Shown here: one piece after another, positions 8,498-18,277 of the stretch
How positions within the stretch are numbered: position 1 is the stretch's first letter
Layout: every line of letters begins with the position of its first letter
DNA from: Patescibacteria group bacterium
Lineage (GTDB): Bacteria > Patescibacteriota > Patescibacteriia > WFTA01 > S139-112
Reading direction: 5' to 3'
NCBI GenBank assembly: GCA_015485695.1
Contig: WFTB01000006.1
Span: 14,334-78,333 of the forward strand
DNA length: 64,000 bases
Made by a program: the position numbers and the translations under genes
Notes under the pieces: model-generated
Databases searched by the model: none
Told to the model about the DNA's origin: nothing
Seen by the model: the letters and a program-made list of their open reading frames with translations, nothing else

Positions 8498-10906
8498 ATG
8501 ACACATTCCAAATCCGGTCCCGGTTCTTCAGCGGGTTCGATTGCTCTTGTTTCGTCTTCTTCCGCGGACGATGAAAGGAGGCTGAAAAAGATTTTAATAT
8601 ATTTTATAATAACGTCGCTGGTTGTCTTTACGGTTACCGGTTTTTTTGTCGGTTTTGTAAATGTGGATTCAGCGCGCGCTCAAGAAGCGGATTCTCGGAG
8701 CGACGTCACGCTTGACATGACCGTTGATTCGGAAGATTTGGGAATAGGCGAGCCCGGCATATTGCCCGGTTCTTTTTTGTACGGATTCAAAAACGCCATT
8801 CGCGGCATGCGACACACTTTAACGTTTGGCGATGAAAGAAAGGCAAATCTTGAGATGCGATACGCAAACGAGCGCTTGATGGAAGCAAAAAAATTGCTTG
8901 AGATTTCGGAAGAAGACGATATTGACGAGTCAGATCGTTTAAAAGCCAAATCTCTCGCTCTAAAAACGCTTCGGTATTATCAAGATACGGTCAATATGGC
9001 AATGAACAGGGCGGAGAATATAAAGGACTCGGAAGAGAAAAGTAGTATTATGGGGTTGGCTGTAGGCAAATTACTTAAACAAGATCGGATTATAGAAAGC
9101 ATGGAAGACAAGCTGTGGAATGCGGGAGATGACGTTAGCGATATTGTGGCGAACAAAAAAATGGTTCGAGATAAAATCGGATTTGCGATAGCAAACTCCG
9201 GAAAAAATCCGGAGGAGCTCGCAGTGGAATTGCAAAGCGTTATTGACAGACAAGGTGGCAGTGACTTTAAGTATTTTAAACTTCTTGAAGTTTTGGAAAG
9301 CGCGCAAGACAGGGTCGATGGCAAAGCTCGAGACCGAATAGACGCTTTACGGGATAAGTTCCGAGAGCGGTTTGAGTCGGATTTTTCAAAAATGCCCGAC
9401 GATGTTAGAAAGTCCAAGCTCAAAGCATATATAGAGAATGTTCCCGGAGACGCGATTTTGCAACTTGAAGTTTTGGACGAGATTAAATCCAAAGGCTCGA
9501 TTCCGGAAGATGCTTTTTCGGATATTGAGATGTTCAAACAAGTCGCTGCGAGAAAGTTTTTGCGCAGAATTCAAAACGCTCCCGAATATCTGCAGGATGA
9601 TATGATGGACGTTTTGGGCGAGGGCGATGAATTCGAAAATCTTCGTTCGATAAACGAATTGATGAGTCGATTGCCTGAGGAATCTTTGCCACCTAAAGTT
9701 CGAGAGCGCATAGCGGAACGGGAAAAGAATTCAATAGAAAAGATTCGCGGATTTATCGGTTACGGTCCGAATGATGATGAAGATATGTCGGACAAAATGA
9801 AAAGGCTGATGGGCGAAGTTCGAGAGAATCCGAATGTCGCCACTTTTCGCGCGCTAGGCAAGCTGAAGGAGAATCTGGCTCCGGAACAAAAAAGATTCAT
9901 ACTGAAACTGGAAGAAGAAGGCGCGAATGAAATTGCCAGAAAATTCTCTGAACAGGGAGAGGGATTTTTGAAACGAATCGAAACCGGAAATTTGGATGAT
10001 ATTGAAATTTTTGAAAATCTGCGCGATGTTGCGGACAGCTCCAAAAGACGTTACGGAGCAGTTGAGAATCCGTTTTCACGTTTGCAAGACTTGCAAGTTG
10101 ATTCCGTTGCCGAATACATAAAACAAACGGAAGACATTGAAGAGATAAGGCGGATAAAGAAACAATTGGAAGACAACCCCGTGATTCTTGATAGGATCAA
10201 TAAGAGTAATGCGATTGGAAAATCCGTCGGAATGAAATCAATGTTGGAAGCGAGGGAAGAAATGATAAAAGAAACTCTTAAACTTGAAGATGATATGGAT
10301 ATTGATGATGATTCTCGGGAAGATGAATTGGAAGAATCCGATCGTCAAAACATGAAAAACAAATCAATCCGAGCGAAATCGGGTATAAGAAAAAACACCG
10401 GAATTAAAAAGTCTGATTTACCGAAAGGCATGCCGGATAATGTGCGAATGAATGACGACGAGGATTCGGAGGATTCTCGCGAAGAAGGTGTTGAAACGTT
10501 TGACAGCCATACCAAGCGAAAGAGCGAAGGGCGCTTGAACGGAAAATCCGAAGATGCGACAAGGATTAGACCCAGAAGTATTAAGCGGATAAAAACCGAT
10601 GAAAGCAAGGGTTTGAATAAATTAAACAGACTTAATGACGGTGTTGTTCGAGTCGCGAGTGTGAGTCGTCCTGTCTCTGTGGGAATTTTGCGATTTGATT
10701 CGGGTCCGTTTCCGGTGTCCAAAAACGTGGGACTGATACAGGATTTACCCGGAAAACCCGAGGTGCTCGGCGCAAGCACAATGTGGGATACACCGAAAAA
10801 AGACGCGATAGTCGGTGGTCCGATTCCAAATATAATGTCTCGTTCTTTGCCGATTGACATGATAAGTTATTTCTTTAAACTCATAACTTTTACATACGAC
10901 AAATAA
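8498..10906 (+). CDS. Large membrane-anchored protein, DUF5667-like helical domain followed by an acidic low-complexity C-terminal region
   Basis: N-terminal TM (ILIYFIITSLVVFTVTGFFVGFV), then GILPGSFLYGFKNAIRGMRHTLTFGDERKANLEMRYANERLMEAKKLLE, recalled as typical of the DUF5667 family common in CPR bacteria. Start ambiguous: GTG at 8474 or ATG at 8498. Confidence 0.6.
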   Translation: MTHSKSGPGSSAGSIALVSSSSADDERRLKKILIYFIITSLVVFTVTGFFVGFVNVDSARAQEADSRSDVTLDMTVDSEDLGIGEPGILPGSFLYGFKNAIRGMRHTLTFGDERKANLEMRYANERLMEAKKLLEISEEDDIDESDRLKAKSLALKTLRYYQDTVNMAMNRAENIKDSEEKSSIMGLAVGKLLKQDRIIESMEDKLWNAGDDVSDIVANKKMVRDKIGFAIANSGKNPEELAVELQSVIDRQGGSDFKYFKLLEVLESAQDRVDGKARDRIDALRDKFRERFESDFSKMPDDVRKSKLKAYIENVPGDAILQLEVLDEIKSKGSIPEDAFSDIEMFKQVAARKFLRRIQNAPEYLQDDMMDVLGEGDEFENLRSINELMSRLPEESLPPKVRERIAEREKNSIEKIRGFIGYGPNDDEDMSDKMKRLMGEVRENPNVATFRALGKLKENLAPEQKRFILKLEEEGANEIARKFSEQGEGFLKRIETGNLDDIEIFENLRDVADSSKRRYGAVENPFSRLQDLQVDSVAEYIKQTEDIEEIRRIKKQLEDNPVILDRINKSNAIGKSVGMKSMLEAREEMIKETLKLEDDMDIDDDSREDELEESDRQNMKNKSIRAKSGIRKNTGIKKSDLPKGMPDNVRMNDDEDSEDSREEGVETFDSHTKRKSEGRLNGKSEDATRIRPRSIKRIKTDESKGLNKLNRLNDGVVRVASVSRPVSVGILRFDSGPFPVSKNVGLIQDLPGKPEVLGASTMWDTPKKDAIVGGPIPNIMSRSLPIDMISYFFKLITFTYDK

Positions 10907-10939
10907 AATTCCCATTTGAACTTTGTCTTTTGTCTCATG

Positions 10940-10975
10940 GTCCCGACGCTTCTTAAATCGCATCGGGATTTTTAA
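10940..10975 (+). terminator. Rho-independent terminator
   Basis: CCCGACGC-ttcttaaatc-GCATCGGG hairpin followed by ATTTTTAAATT, immediately after the 8498-10906 gene. Confidence 0.55.
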
Positions 10976-11119
10976 ATTCTATTGTCGTAATTGGAATAAA
11001 TCCGCCTTGGTCGAGCGCATGGAGTTTGATTTTTGTCGTGTTTAATTTTTGGTATTTTGAATTGTGTGTCAAATCTGCTAATATAACGTAGTCGCCAACT
11101 CTTAATGTTTTGATTTCGA

Positions 11120-12778
11120 ATGTCCAATACTATTTACAGAAAATATCGACCGCAAGTTTTTGCCGATGTGATTGGTCAGGAGCATGTTGTTCGTACCATA
11201 CAAAATGAAATCATGTCGGATTCAATAGCTCATGCGTATTTGTTCTCAGGTCCCAGAGGTCTCGGCAAGACGACAACGGCAAGGTTGTTGGCAAAATCCG
11301 TGAATTGCGCCAACAGAGCGAAAAGGTCCTCGGAACCGTGCAATAAGTGCGCGACATGCGTTGATATCGGAAAAGGAAGCGCGTTAGATGTTATTGAGAT
11401 TGACGCGGCGTCGAACAGGGGGATAAATGAAATACGAGCGCTTAAAGAACACATAGGTTTTACGCCTTCAGGCAGTAAGTATCGTGTATTTATAATTGAT
11501 GAAGTGCACATGTTAACGGCTGAGGCTTTCAACGCTTTATTGAAAACCTTGGAAGAGCCACCAAAGCACGCGATATTTGTTTTGGCGACGACAGAATTGC
11601 ACAAGGTGCCGGATACGATTCAATCTCGTTGCCAAACTTTCGTGTTTAGAAAAGTTTCAAATCAAGATTTGAAAAAAAGACTGCTGTATATAGCGAAACT
11701 GGAGAAGGTGTCCATCGATGACGATGTGTTGAGCGTTATAATATCCCGTTCCGGAGGGTTTGTAAGAGATGCTGAGTCTTTGTTGGGGCAGATATTGTCT
11801 TTGGGGCATAAAAAGATAGACATAGATTCGGTTAGCGCATTACTACCGAAGTCGCGCGTTGAGAATATATATGAAATGCTCGATTTATTATCCGAAAGGC
11901 GGACAAAAGACGCGCTTGAAAGCGTAATTCGTCTTGTTGATGAAGGTGTTGATTTGGGTTTTTATACCTCTGAGCTTATGGAAGCTGTCAGGAAGATTAT
12001 TTTGATTCAAAACGAAGTCGAGCTTAACGACGATGTATTGTCAAGTTACGCGGAAAAGTTTTCGCATTCCGACTCGGTGCGACTTGCGCGTTTGGTGGAT
12101 AAAACTTTTGACGCGATTAAAAAAAGCGATATCCCTCAACTTCCTCTGGAGCTTATGATTATAGAATACACGAGACCCGATATTTGCGATGAAAACAATA
12201 CGTACATTTACAATAATGGGAATTCGGAAAACGTCTCAGTCGACGAAACCGCCGTAAAGCAAAGCGAAAAACCCGAACGTTCCGAATCGAATAAAGCTCG
12301 ACAATTCGAACACGATAAAATCGACGGCAATATTCGCTCCAAAGAAACTTCAGGTAATGCGGAAAAGAATAACAGCCCCGACTCGGACAAGTCGAAGAAG
12401 GGTTCGGTGAAGGTAAAAGCGAAGATTGGGAATATAAAATCCAAATGGCAAGAAGTCGTGAGACGAAGCAGGAAACATAATCACAGCGTGGCTTTGGCGC
12501 TTAACATGGTTCATCCCATTTCGATTGATGGCGACACTCTTGTCTTGGGTAGCGCGTATGATTTTCATTGTGAGCGTCTTTCATCAGTAGAAAACAGGAA
12601 TTTAGTCGATATGGTCTTGGAAGAAGTTTTTGGTGAACGTATAATTTGCAATGTAGTAAGAATTACTGAAGAAGAAGCAAGAAGTCTTGACCCTGGCAAG
12701 GAAACCATGCCGAAAGAACAGGAAGAAAAGTTGATAAACGACGTTTTAGAGGTTTTCGGAGGGAGTGTGGTTTCTTGA
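11120..12778 (+). CDS. dnaX: DNA polymerase III subunit gamma/tau
   Basis: YRPQVFADVIGQEHVVRTIQNEI...LFSGPRGLGKTTTARLLAK; zinc module CNKCATC; FIIDEVHMLT Walker B; TIQSRCQTF sensor. Lys/Ser-rich linker and C-terminal domain V. Confidence 0.93.
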   Translation: MSNTIYRKYRPQVFADVIGQEHVVRTIQNEIMSDSIAHAYLFSGPRGLGKTTTARLLAKSVNCANRAKRSSEPCNKCATCVDIGKGSALDVIEIDAASNRGINEIRALKEHIGFTPSGSKYRVFIIDEVHMLTAEAFNALLKTLEEPPKHAIFVLATTELHKVPDTIQSRCQTFVFRKVSNQDLKKRLLYIAKLEKVSIDDDVLSVIISRSGGFVRDAESLLGQILSLGHKKIDIDSVSALLPKSRVENIYEMLDLLSERRTKDALESVIRLVDEGVDLGFYTSELMEAVRKIILIQNEVELNDDVLSSYAEKFSHSDSVRLARLVDKTFDAIKKSDIPQLPLELMIIEYTRPDICDENNTYIYNNGNSENVSVDETAVKQSEKPERSESNKARQFEHDKIDGNIRSKETSGNAEKNNSPDSDKSKKGSVKVKAKIGNIKSKWQEVVRRSRKHNHSVALALNMVHPISIDGDTLVLGSAYDFHCERLSSVENRNLVDMVLEEVFGERIICNVVRITEEEARSLDPGKETMPKEQEEKLINDVLEVFGGSVVS

Positions 12779-12848
12779 GTGTTGAAAATTCCGTTTTGTT
12801 GTGAATTGTCTGTTTTTTAAAATATCGGATTTGGATATTTGCTCAAAT

Positions 12849-12865
12849 TTGAACAATGGTATAGT
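12849..12865 (+). promoter_or_regulatory. Candidate extended -10 promoter (TGGTATAGT) upstream of tRNA-Gln
   Basis: TGnTATAGT at 12857-12865. No convincing -35. Confidence 0.3.
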
Positions 12866-13015
12866 ATTGTGATGCGCTCTTGTAAATTGATTGCGCTTTG
12901 TTGTTTTACTCTGTCGATTATCACGGCTGAAAACATTTAATTCAATTAAGTCATTCAAGAAAAGATATCGCTCAGAACGCGATGATGAACTTAATTGTAA
13001 ATCGCTCAACAATAC

Positions 13016-13086
13016 TGCCGGGTCGTCTAATGGCAGGACGCTTGGTTCTGGCCCAAGCAATCGGGGTTCGAATCCCTGCCCGGCAA
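13016..13086 (+). tRNA. tRNA-Gln (anticodon CUG)
   Basis: Manual cloverleaf. Acceptor TGCCGGG/CCCGGCA is 7 bp with the U1:A72 pair typical of bacterial tRNA-Gln. D-stem GTCT/GGAC. Anticodon stem CTTGG/CCAAG with loop TTCTGGC. T-arm CGGGG-TTCGAAT-CCCTG. No encoded CCA. Confidence 0.7.
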
Positions 13087-13124
13087 CATGTTTATGGTGA
13101 TGGATTCGAACGGGCGAAGTTGAG

Positions 13125-13180
13125 TGCCGGTGGCACTCTGCTGAAGCCCAGGTCCCGAAGGGCGAATCCCTGCCCGGCAA
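13125..13180 (+). pseudogene. Decayed tandem copy of tRNA-Gln (tRNA-like fragment, ~56 nt), followed by a second copy of the 32-nt tRNA downstream spacer
   Basis: TGCCGG...GGCA-like 5' end and an identical 3' segment CGAATCCCTGCCCGGCA. It lacks a D-arm and a proper TTC T-loop. The 48-bp direct repeats are at 13073-13120 and 13168-13215, with 2 mismatches. Confidence 0.45.
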
Positions 13181-13254
13181 CATGTTTATAGTGATGGATT
13201 CGAACGGACGTACCACACTCGGGTGTTTGCGCGAATTCAAAATTTCTTTTCGAT

Positions 13255-15447
13255 TTATCTGGATAGCTTGAAAATATGTAATTTGCCGTCTGCTATTTTC
13301 TTGTAACCGTCAATTCCAAATTCGCTCTTTGCTTGCTCAACTCGCTTTTTCGAGTCTAGCCAGTAGTCGTTTATTACAAAATACCCGATATCGACCCCCG
13401 CCATATCCATCGCCCTAATAAGGCGATTTTTTGTCGGCTCTTCATATACCATGTCAAGATATATTTTATAAAACGGAGAAGTGGTCGGTATCGGATAATA
13501 AAAAAGATCTCCGTCTTCCGTAGAAAAATATTTTTTGAATCCGTTTTCTTGCAGGGCCGCGGCGGAAACTGCTTGATTCGCTAGCACTATGTAATCTTTT
13601 CCTTCGGAGTCTTTTTCTATCCACGAAACCGCGGATATATCGTATTTTGATGTGGCATAGGCTCGTGATTTCGCGAATGCGTCTATTCGAGGATACATTG
13701 AGTACAAAGATCCCGTTGAATAAAGCGCGATAAAAAACACGATTGCGAGAATTATAGTTTTTCTCGATTTTAATGCCGTTTCAACCGATTTGATAATTGC
13801 GAACAATATCGCGGGAACAAGGAACAAAAAGGCGATTTGGAAGAAACGAGATATGAATTCCTCCAATTCATACGACACTATGGGTATCGGTAGGTTTACC
13901 AATGCAATCGCGTCAATCGATATGATAATGCAAGATACGATTAGGGATTTGGCTGTTGATTTGTCTATTTTTGCGATAAACCAAATTCCGAAAGACGCCA
14001 TAATAACCATTATCGGGATGTAATTTGCGGAAAACAATTCAACGGTATGAAGCGTGGATTGAAACGGAATCCATTGGTATATATCTGAAAATAATTGTTT
14101 TAAATTTAACGCTCCGTCAATCGAGATTGCGGATGATTGATTTGCTTGTATTTTCCCGCCCGCGAAAAACATGAGCGGAAGAGCCGCGGCGGACAAAATC
14201 GAGAAAATCGAGTATATGGCGTTTTTGTTTTTGATTTCAATTTTGTCAATTTGAACCAATGACAAATAAATCAAAGCCGGAATTCCGCTAAACGGATGGA
14301 TGAAAAAGGCGGTCACTCCGAGAAACCATAAGAAAATGTTGAGTTTTTTTCTTGTATTAGGTGAAATTGACAATATTATTATCGACAAAAGAAACAAGTT
14401 TCCCAGATTTTGAGGAACTGAAAAGAAAAAAGGAAGAGATAAAATCGGAAATGCCGTCAGAGAAATTAAAATCGATTTATATGAAAATCCGAATCTCTTA
14501 TAAACATAAATTGCCGTTGCGGGTATCAGAATCGAAGAAAGCGCGGGCACAAGGAGTCTATCCGCCGTTCGTATTGCCATTCCAGAAATTTCAGTTACCC
14601 AAGTTATAAAGGAATATTGACCGATGTACAGAAACGGCTTCGGGTTTATGGTGCCGGTTATTGCCAGAAGTTTTTCGGACGCTTGGTGCACGAACGGGTC
14701 AAATCCGAAATTTATGCCATACACGAATATTATTACAGAATAAGACAAAAACAAATGAATCGATACGAGAATAATATCGCAATTTGACTTTGCGAGATTG
14801 CCGTCCGCATCGGGTTTCGTTTTTGTAAAAAAGTATCGAACTTTGTTCAACGCATTTTCCATCAGGTTGCTTGTATTGTCCGTTTTTTTCGTTTTGCGCA
14901 GTGCGATGATTGATATCAATAAAGCGCTTGCTAGAAAATACAATACAAAAAACAGTGGCTGAACAACTTCCCATGGAGACTGTATTGCTTCCATGGTTTT
15001 ACTGTTTGAAAGTATTTTGAACGCTAAAGCGATGACAAACAGATATACCGCAATGAGAATTAGTTTACAATTTGAAAAACCTGGTTTTTCTTTTTCCAAA
15101 AGTCCGAAGCTTACCCGTTTGTCGTTATTTTCGGGTGAGAAAAGAAGCATGATAATCGGAATCAAAATCGTAAGCGTCATGACAACCTCGGTATTCAAGC
15201 GCCATATATAAAAAAATACGGATCCCGAAAACATAAACAAAGCTACGACAGCGAAAAGCCCAAACGCGAACCTTACATACAATGTTTCGTCTTTTGCGAT
15301 AATGGCTCCGGCGCGCATGGCAAGAAGCGCGATATAAGCAAATGTCAAGACCGCTCCGATTGTTACGTTGCCAAAGAGCCAAACATTCAAAATCATTAAC
15401 GCTCCCACGGATATTGTTGTGTAAATCTTTTTGTTTTCCATGTCCAT
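13255..15447 (-). CDS. Large polytopic membrane protein (>=12 predicted TM helices) with a C-terminal soluble domain; possible GT-C/YfhO-like glycosyltransferase
   Basis: 730-aa ORF with continuous hydrophobic segments. C-terminal ~180 aa hydrophilic. Function inferred only from architecture. Confidence 0.55.
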   Translation of the reverse strand: MDMENKKIYTTISVGALMILNVWLFGNVTIGAVLTFAYIALLAMRAGAIIAKDETLYVRFAFGLFAVVALFMFSGSVFFYIWRLNTEVVMTLTILIPIIMLLFSPENNDKRVSFGLLEKEKPGFSNCKLILIAVYLFVIALAFKILSNSKTMEAIQSPWEVVQPLFFVLYFLASALLISIIALRKTKKTDNTSNLMENALNKVRYFFTKTKPDADGNLAKSNCDIILVSIHLFLSYSVIIFVYGINFGFDPFVHQASEKLLAITGTINPKPFLYIGQYSFITWVTEISGMAIRTADRLLVPALSSILIPATAIYVYKRFGFSYKSILISLTAFPILSLPFFFSVPQNLGNLFLLSIIILSISPNTRKKLNIFLWFLGVTAFFIHPFSGIPALIYLSLVQIDKIEIKNKNAIYSIFSILSAAALPLMFFAGGKIQANQSSAISIDGALNLKQLFSDIYQWIPFQSTLHTVELFSANYIPIMVIMASFGIWFIAKIDKSTAKSLIVSCIIISIDAIALVNLPIPIVSYELEEFISRFFQIAFLFLVPAILFAIIKSVETALKSRKTIILAIVFFIALYSTGSLYSMYPRIDAFAKSRAYATSKYDISAVSWIEKDSEGKDYIVLANQAVSAAALQENGFKKYFSTEDGDLFYYPIPTTSPFYKIYLDMVYEEPTKNRLIRAMDMAGVDIGYFVINDYWLDSKKRVEQAKSEFGIDGYKKIADGKLHIFKLSR

Positions 15448-15571
15448 ATAGTATCACGTTCGTTTTGTTGGGCAAGGAGAATGCGTTAAACGGATCGATA
15501 ATCGAGTTTGCGTGGTCTTGGCGGGTATTTGCAATCTTTCCAGATTCGGTTTATTTTGTTAGTCTTTATGT

Positions 15572-17353
15572 ATGAAACGGTTTAATAACATACATTGGTA
15601 CTCAGTGTCGGTGATTTTGGCGGGAATCGCCATGTTTTTTGTCTATGCTTGGTTTTCTTGGACCACCACGGAGACGAGTTTCTATACTTGCGATTCAAAC
15701 GAAACTGTGGACACCGAATTGTGTCGAGTCTATGGAGACCCGACTGAAGTTTTCAAATTCAATTCTCCGGATGAGAGCGCGAATTTTTTCTGGACGCTCA
15801 GATACTCTCAAGGTAAAGGGTTCGGGTTTGACGAACCGCTTGAAACCGTCGGCAATAACTTGATACGACCGCGCAGTGTCGCGGTGCGAAATGACAAGGT
15901 TGGCATAGGTTCTTTTTTGGGATTGCCTTTGATATATGGATCGTTGGCAAAAATCGTAACGATTCCGAAGCTGTCAATAGAGCAATTTATATTGTTATTG
16001 ACTCCTGTATTCGCGGTTCTCGGGGTGTGGTTCTTTTACTTGCTTTTATCTCGCGTGTTTGACAAAAACACGGCTCTTGTCTCGGCTTTGTTGGTATTTG
16101 TTTTTCCCGGATGGTCGTATTTCGCAAGTCGGGCGATGTATCACAATGTGCTTTTCTTGAGTCTTTTGGTAATCGGATTGTATTTTTTTGTCAAAGCTTT
16201 GTCGTTACGCGGTAATTCGTTTCGTCAAAAATCGGTTCACGTTTTCATGTATTGTATGTCCGGTATATTCGTCGGATTGGCGTTGATTACGCGAACATCC
16301 GAGATAGGCTGGGTCGTGTTGATGTTTATTTTTATTTTAATCTTTAACAGAGCCGGTTTTATTCCGGTAAGACGACATAAAATCGCAAACTGGATCGGTA
16401 TCGCGATGTTTGGCGTTTTTATATTTGTAGCGTTTGTTCCGGTATTTGCGAATAATATCGCTTTTTACGGGCAACCTTTGTCTGTCGGATATACGCCCGG
16501 ATTCTCAGGTTCTTTTTCGGATGTCGTGGAGCAACGAGACGTCTTGTTCAGTATGCTTGTGAGTCCGTTCGGATTCGATTTTAAAAGCATCGCCACAAAC
16601 GCTTACAATTATCTGGGAATTATTTTTTATCCGTTCTCAATCGCGACTGTATTCGGGTTTTTTATATGGATTTTTTCAAGGCGAAACACTCCTCACAAAA
16701 AAAGACAATGGGGATATTTTGTCATATGGCTGATTATCAGCGCGTACTTGCTTGTGTTTTACGGGTCGTGGCAGATATACGATCGAATAGACCAGAAAAC
16801 GGTCTCAATCGGCACTTCTTATGTTCGTTATTGGTTGCCGATATATATCGGGGCATTGCCGTTTTTGGCTTATGGCATGGTTCGTTTTACGCGTCTTACG
16901 ATTCGAAAGTGGGCGAGACCGGTTCTTATAGGGCTTTTTATAATACTGCTTTCGGTCTCAAGTTTTCGAATCGTGTTTAATTCGACCGATGAGAGCCTTA
17001 TTGCGGTAAGGTCGAATGTCAGAGATACTCAAGGAAAATATCTGAAACTTCGCCAATACATATCCGAAGATTCTATCGTGGTGCTCGGGTTCAAACAGGC
17101 GGATAAAGTGTTTTTCCCCCAGCATTCTAGAATAATCGTCGAGATGGCGAATTCTAAGGATTATGAATCTTTGCGAGATTTATTGGATTATACGGATGTG
17201 TATTACTATCATTTTGCTCCCGAAGACACGATTAGATATATATCAAAAAGGGATTTTGAGCCGTATGGTATGCGAATCGCCGAAGGTAGAAAGATTTTTG
17301 GCGATGAGTGGATGTATAGGGTTGAAATAATGGAAGAATCGTCGGAAGAATAA
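15572..17353 (+). CDS. GT-C fold glycosyltransferase (PMT/ArnT-like, dolichyl- or undecaprenyl-phosphate-sugar dependent) membrane protein
   Basis: Polytopic N-terminal half with a DE motif in the first extracytoplasmic loop (FGFDEPLE). RPRSVAVRNDKVGIGSFLGLPL is typical of the PMT_2/ArnT family. Soluble C-terminal domain. Confidence 0.6.
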   Translation: MKRFNNIHWYSVSVILAGIAMFFVYAWFSWTTTETSFYTCDSNETVDTELCRVYGDPTEVFKFNSPDESANFFWTLRYSQGKGFGFDEPLETVGNNLIRPRSVAVRNDKVGIGSFLGLPLIYGSLAKIVTIPKLSIEQFILLLTPVFAVLGVWFFYLLLSRVFDKNTALVSALLVFVFPGWSYFASRAMYHNVLFLSLLVIGLYFFVKALSLRGNSFRQKSVHVFMYCMSGIFVGLALITRTSEIGWVVLMFIFILIFNRAGFIPVRRHKIANWIGIAMFGVFIFVAFVPVFANNIAFYGQPLSVGYTPGFSGSFSDVVEQRDVLFSMLVSPFGFDFKSIATNAYNYLGIIFYPFSIATVFGFFIWIFSRRNTPHKKRQWGYFVIWLIISAYLLVFYGSWQIYDRIDQKTVSIGTSYVRYWLPIYIGALPFLAYGMVRFTRLTIRKWARPVLIGLFIILLSVSSFRIVFNSTDESLIAVRSNVRDTQGKYLKLRQYISEDSIVVLGFKQADKVFFPQHSRIIVEMANSKDYESLRDLLDYTDVYYYHFAPEDTIRYISKRDFEPYGMRIAEGRKIFGDEWMYRVEIMEESSEE

Positions 17354-17367
17354 TATATTCAAAATCA

Positions 17368-17955
17368 ATGAAGTATTACAAAACAATCAGAGTGGTGTTT
17401 GTTCTGGTTCCGGTTTTGGTTTTCGGTTATTTCTCGTACAAGTACGTCAATCCATCGGGTGTGCTTGAGTTTGAGTATGATTTTTGTCGTGAAACGACCC
17501 CGTACGTGTCCGGATTGACGCCAAAAGGAAGAGTGCTTGACATCGAAAAAACCAAGACGCGTTGTGAACAACGAATGGTGATAGATCCAGTGTATTTTGA
17601 TGTCCGTCTTCCACAGAGTTACCGAAAAGTGATATTGGATACGGAAGTCGAAAAAAGCGTTGAACAAAAGTTGCGAATCGGAGTGGGCGTGAACCCGGAT
17701 AATTGGAAGTGGGAGTTTGGAGAAAACATGAAAACATCGGAGAATGAAAACATTAAGACAAGAACGTACCGAACCACAATTGATTTGACCGATGCGAAGT
17801 TTGAGAATAATCGTTATCGGTTTATCATATCCGCTCCCGGGCTTGATATTTCGGGAGAAAGTATTGTGTTTCGCGGTTTGAAATTTAAGTTTGAGAAACC
17901 GCCGTTGACAGCGGAAAATTTCATTAGTCGTATCAGGAGTTTAATGAATATGTGA
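17368..17955 (+). CDS. Hypothetical membrane-anchored protein (single N-terminal TM)
   Basis: 195-aa ORF directly downstream of the GT-C gene, 14 bp gap. No recognisable motifs. Confidence 0.5.
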   Translation: MKYYKTIRVVFVLVPVLVFGYFSYKYVNPSGVLEFEYDFCRETTPYVSGLTPKGRVLDIEKTKTRCEQRMVIDPVYFDVRLPQSYRKVILDTEVEKSVEQKLRIGVGVNPDNWKWEFGENMKTSENENIKTRTYRTTIDLTDAKFENNRYRFIISAPGLDISGESIVFRGLKFKFEKPPLTAENFISRIRSLMNM

Positions 17956-18049
17956 CAATGCTCGTAAAAAAACAGAATACGTGCCACGCGCAAGTTTTGA
18001 GCAACGTGTCGCTGTCATACAATAGAAGGCACTTGAGAAAAAGCCCGTT

Positions 18050-18277
18050 CTATCCAAGATACTTAAAACGAGGAACTTCTTTGCCATCAATATTAACAGT
18101 TTCAAAAAACATATCTTTTGGTCTTGCCCATAAAGCATTTTTACCAAATTCTTCAGAATCATAAAGTGCTTTGTAAATTACCAGTTCTTCTAATGTTTCA
18201 CTATGTCTGGCAAGACCAATAACCTCATACCGTTTTCCTTTATAGTGTTCATATTTTCCGAGTTTTATTTGTACCAT
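18050..18277 (-). CDS. DUF1653 family protein
   Basis: GKYEHYKGKRYEVIGLARHSETLEELVIYKALY...WARPKDMFFETV matches the DUF1653 signature as recalled. Confidence 0.75.
   Translation of the reverse strand: MVQIKLGKYEHYKGKRYEVIGLARHSETLEELVIYKALYDSEEFGKNALWARPKDMFFETVNIDGKEVPRFKYLG

Noticed and set aside
13087-13215. A second intact tRNA (either strand) suggested by the GGTGATGGATTCGAAC strings
   Set aside because: No orientation gives a 7-bp acceptor stem with a 5-bp T-stem around a TTCGAAT loop. The strings are part of a direct repeat of the tRNA-Gln 3' flank, not a T-arm.
12746-13240. 164-aa minus-strand ORF spanning the tRNA region
   Set aside because: It overlaps tRNA-Gln and the tRNA-like repeat, and it is GC-rich and Arg/Pro/Ser-rich. 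Spurious.
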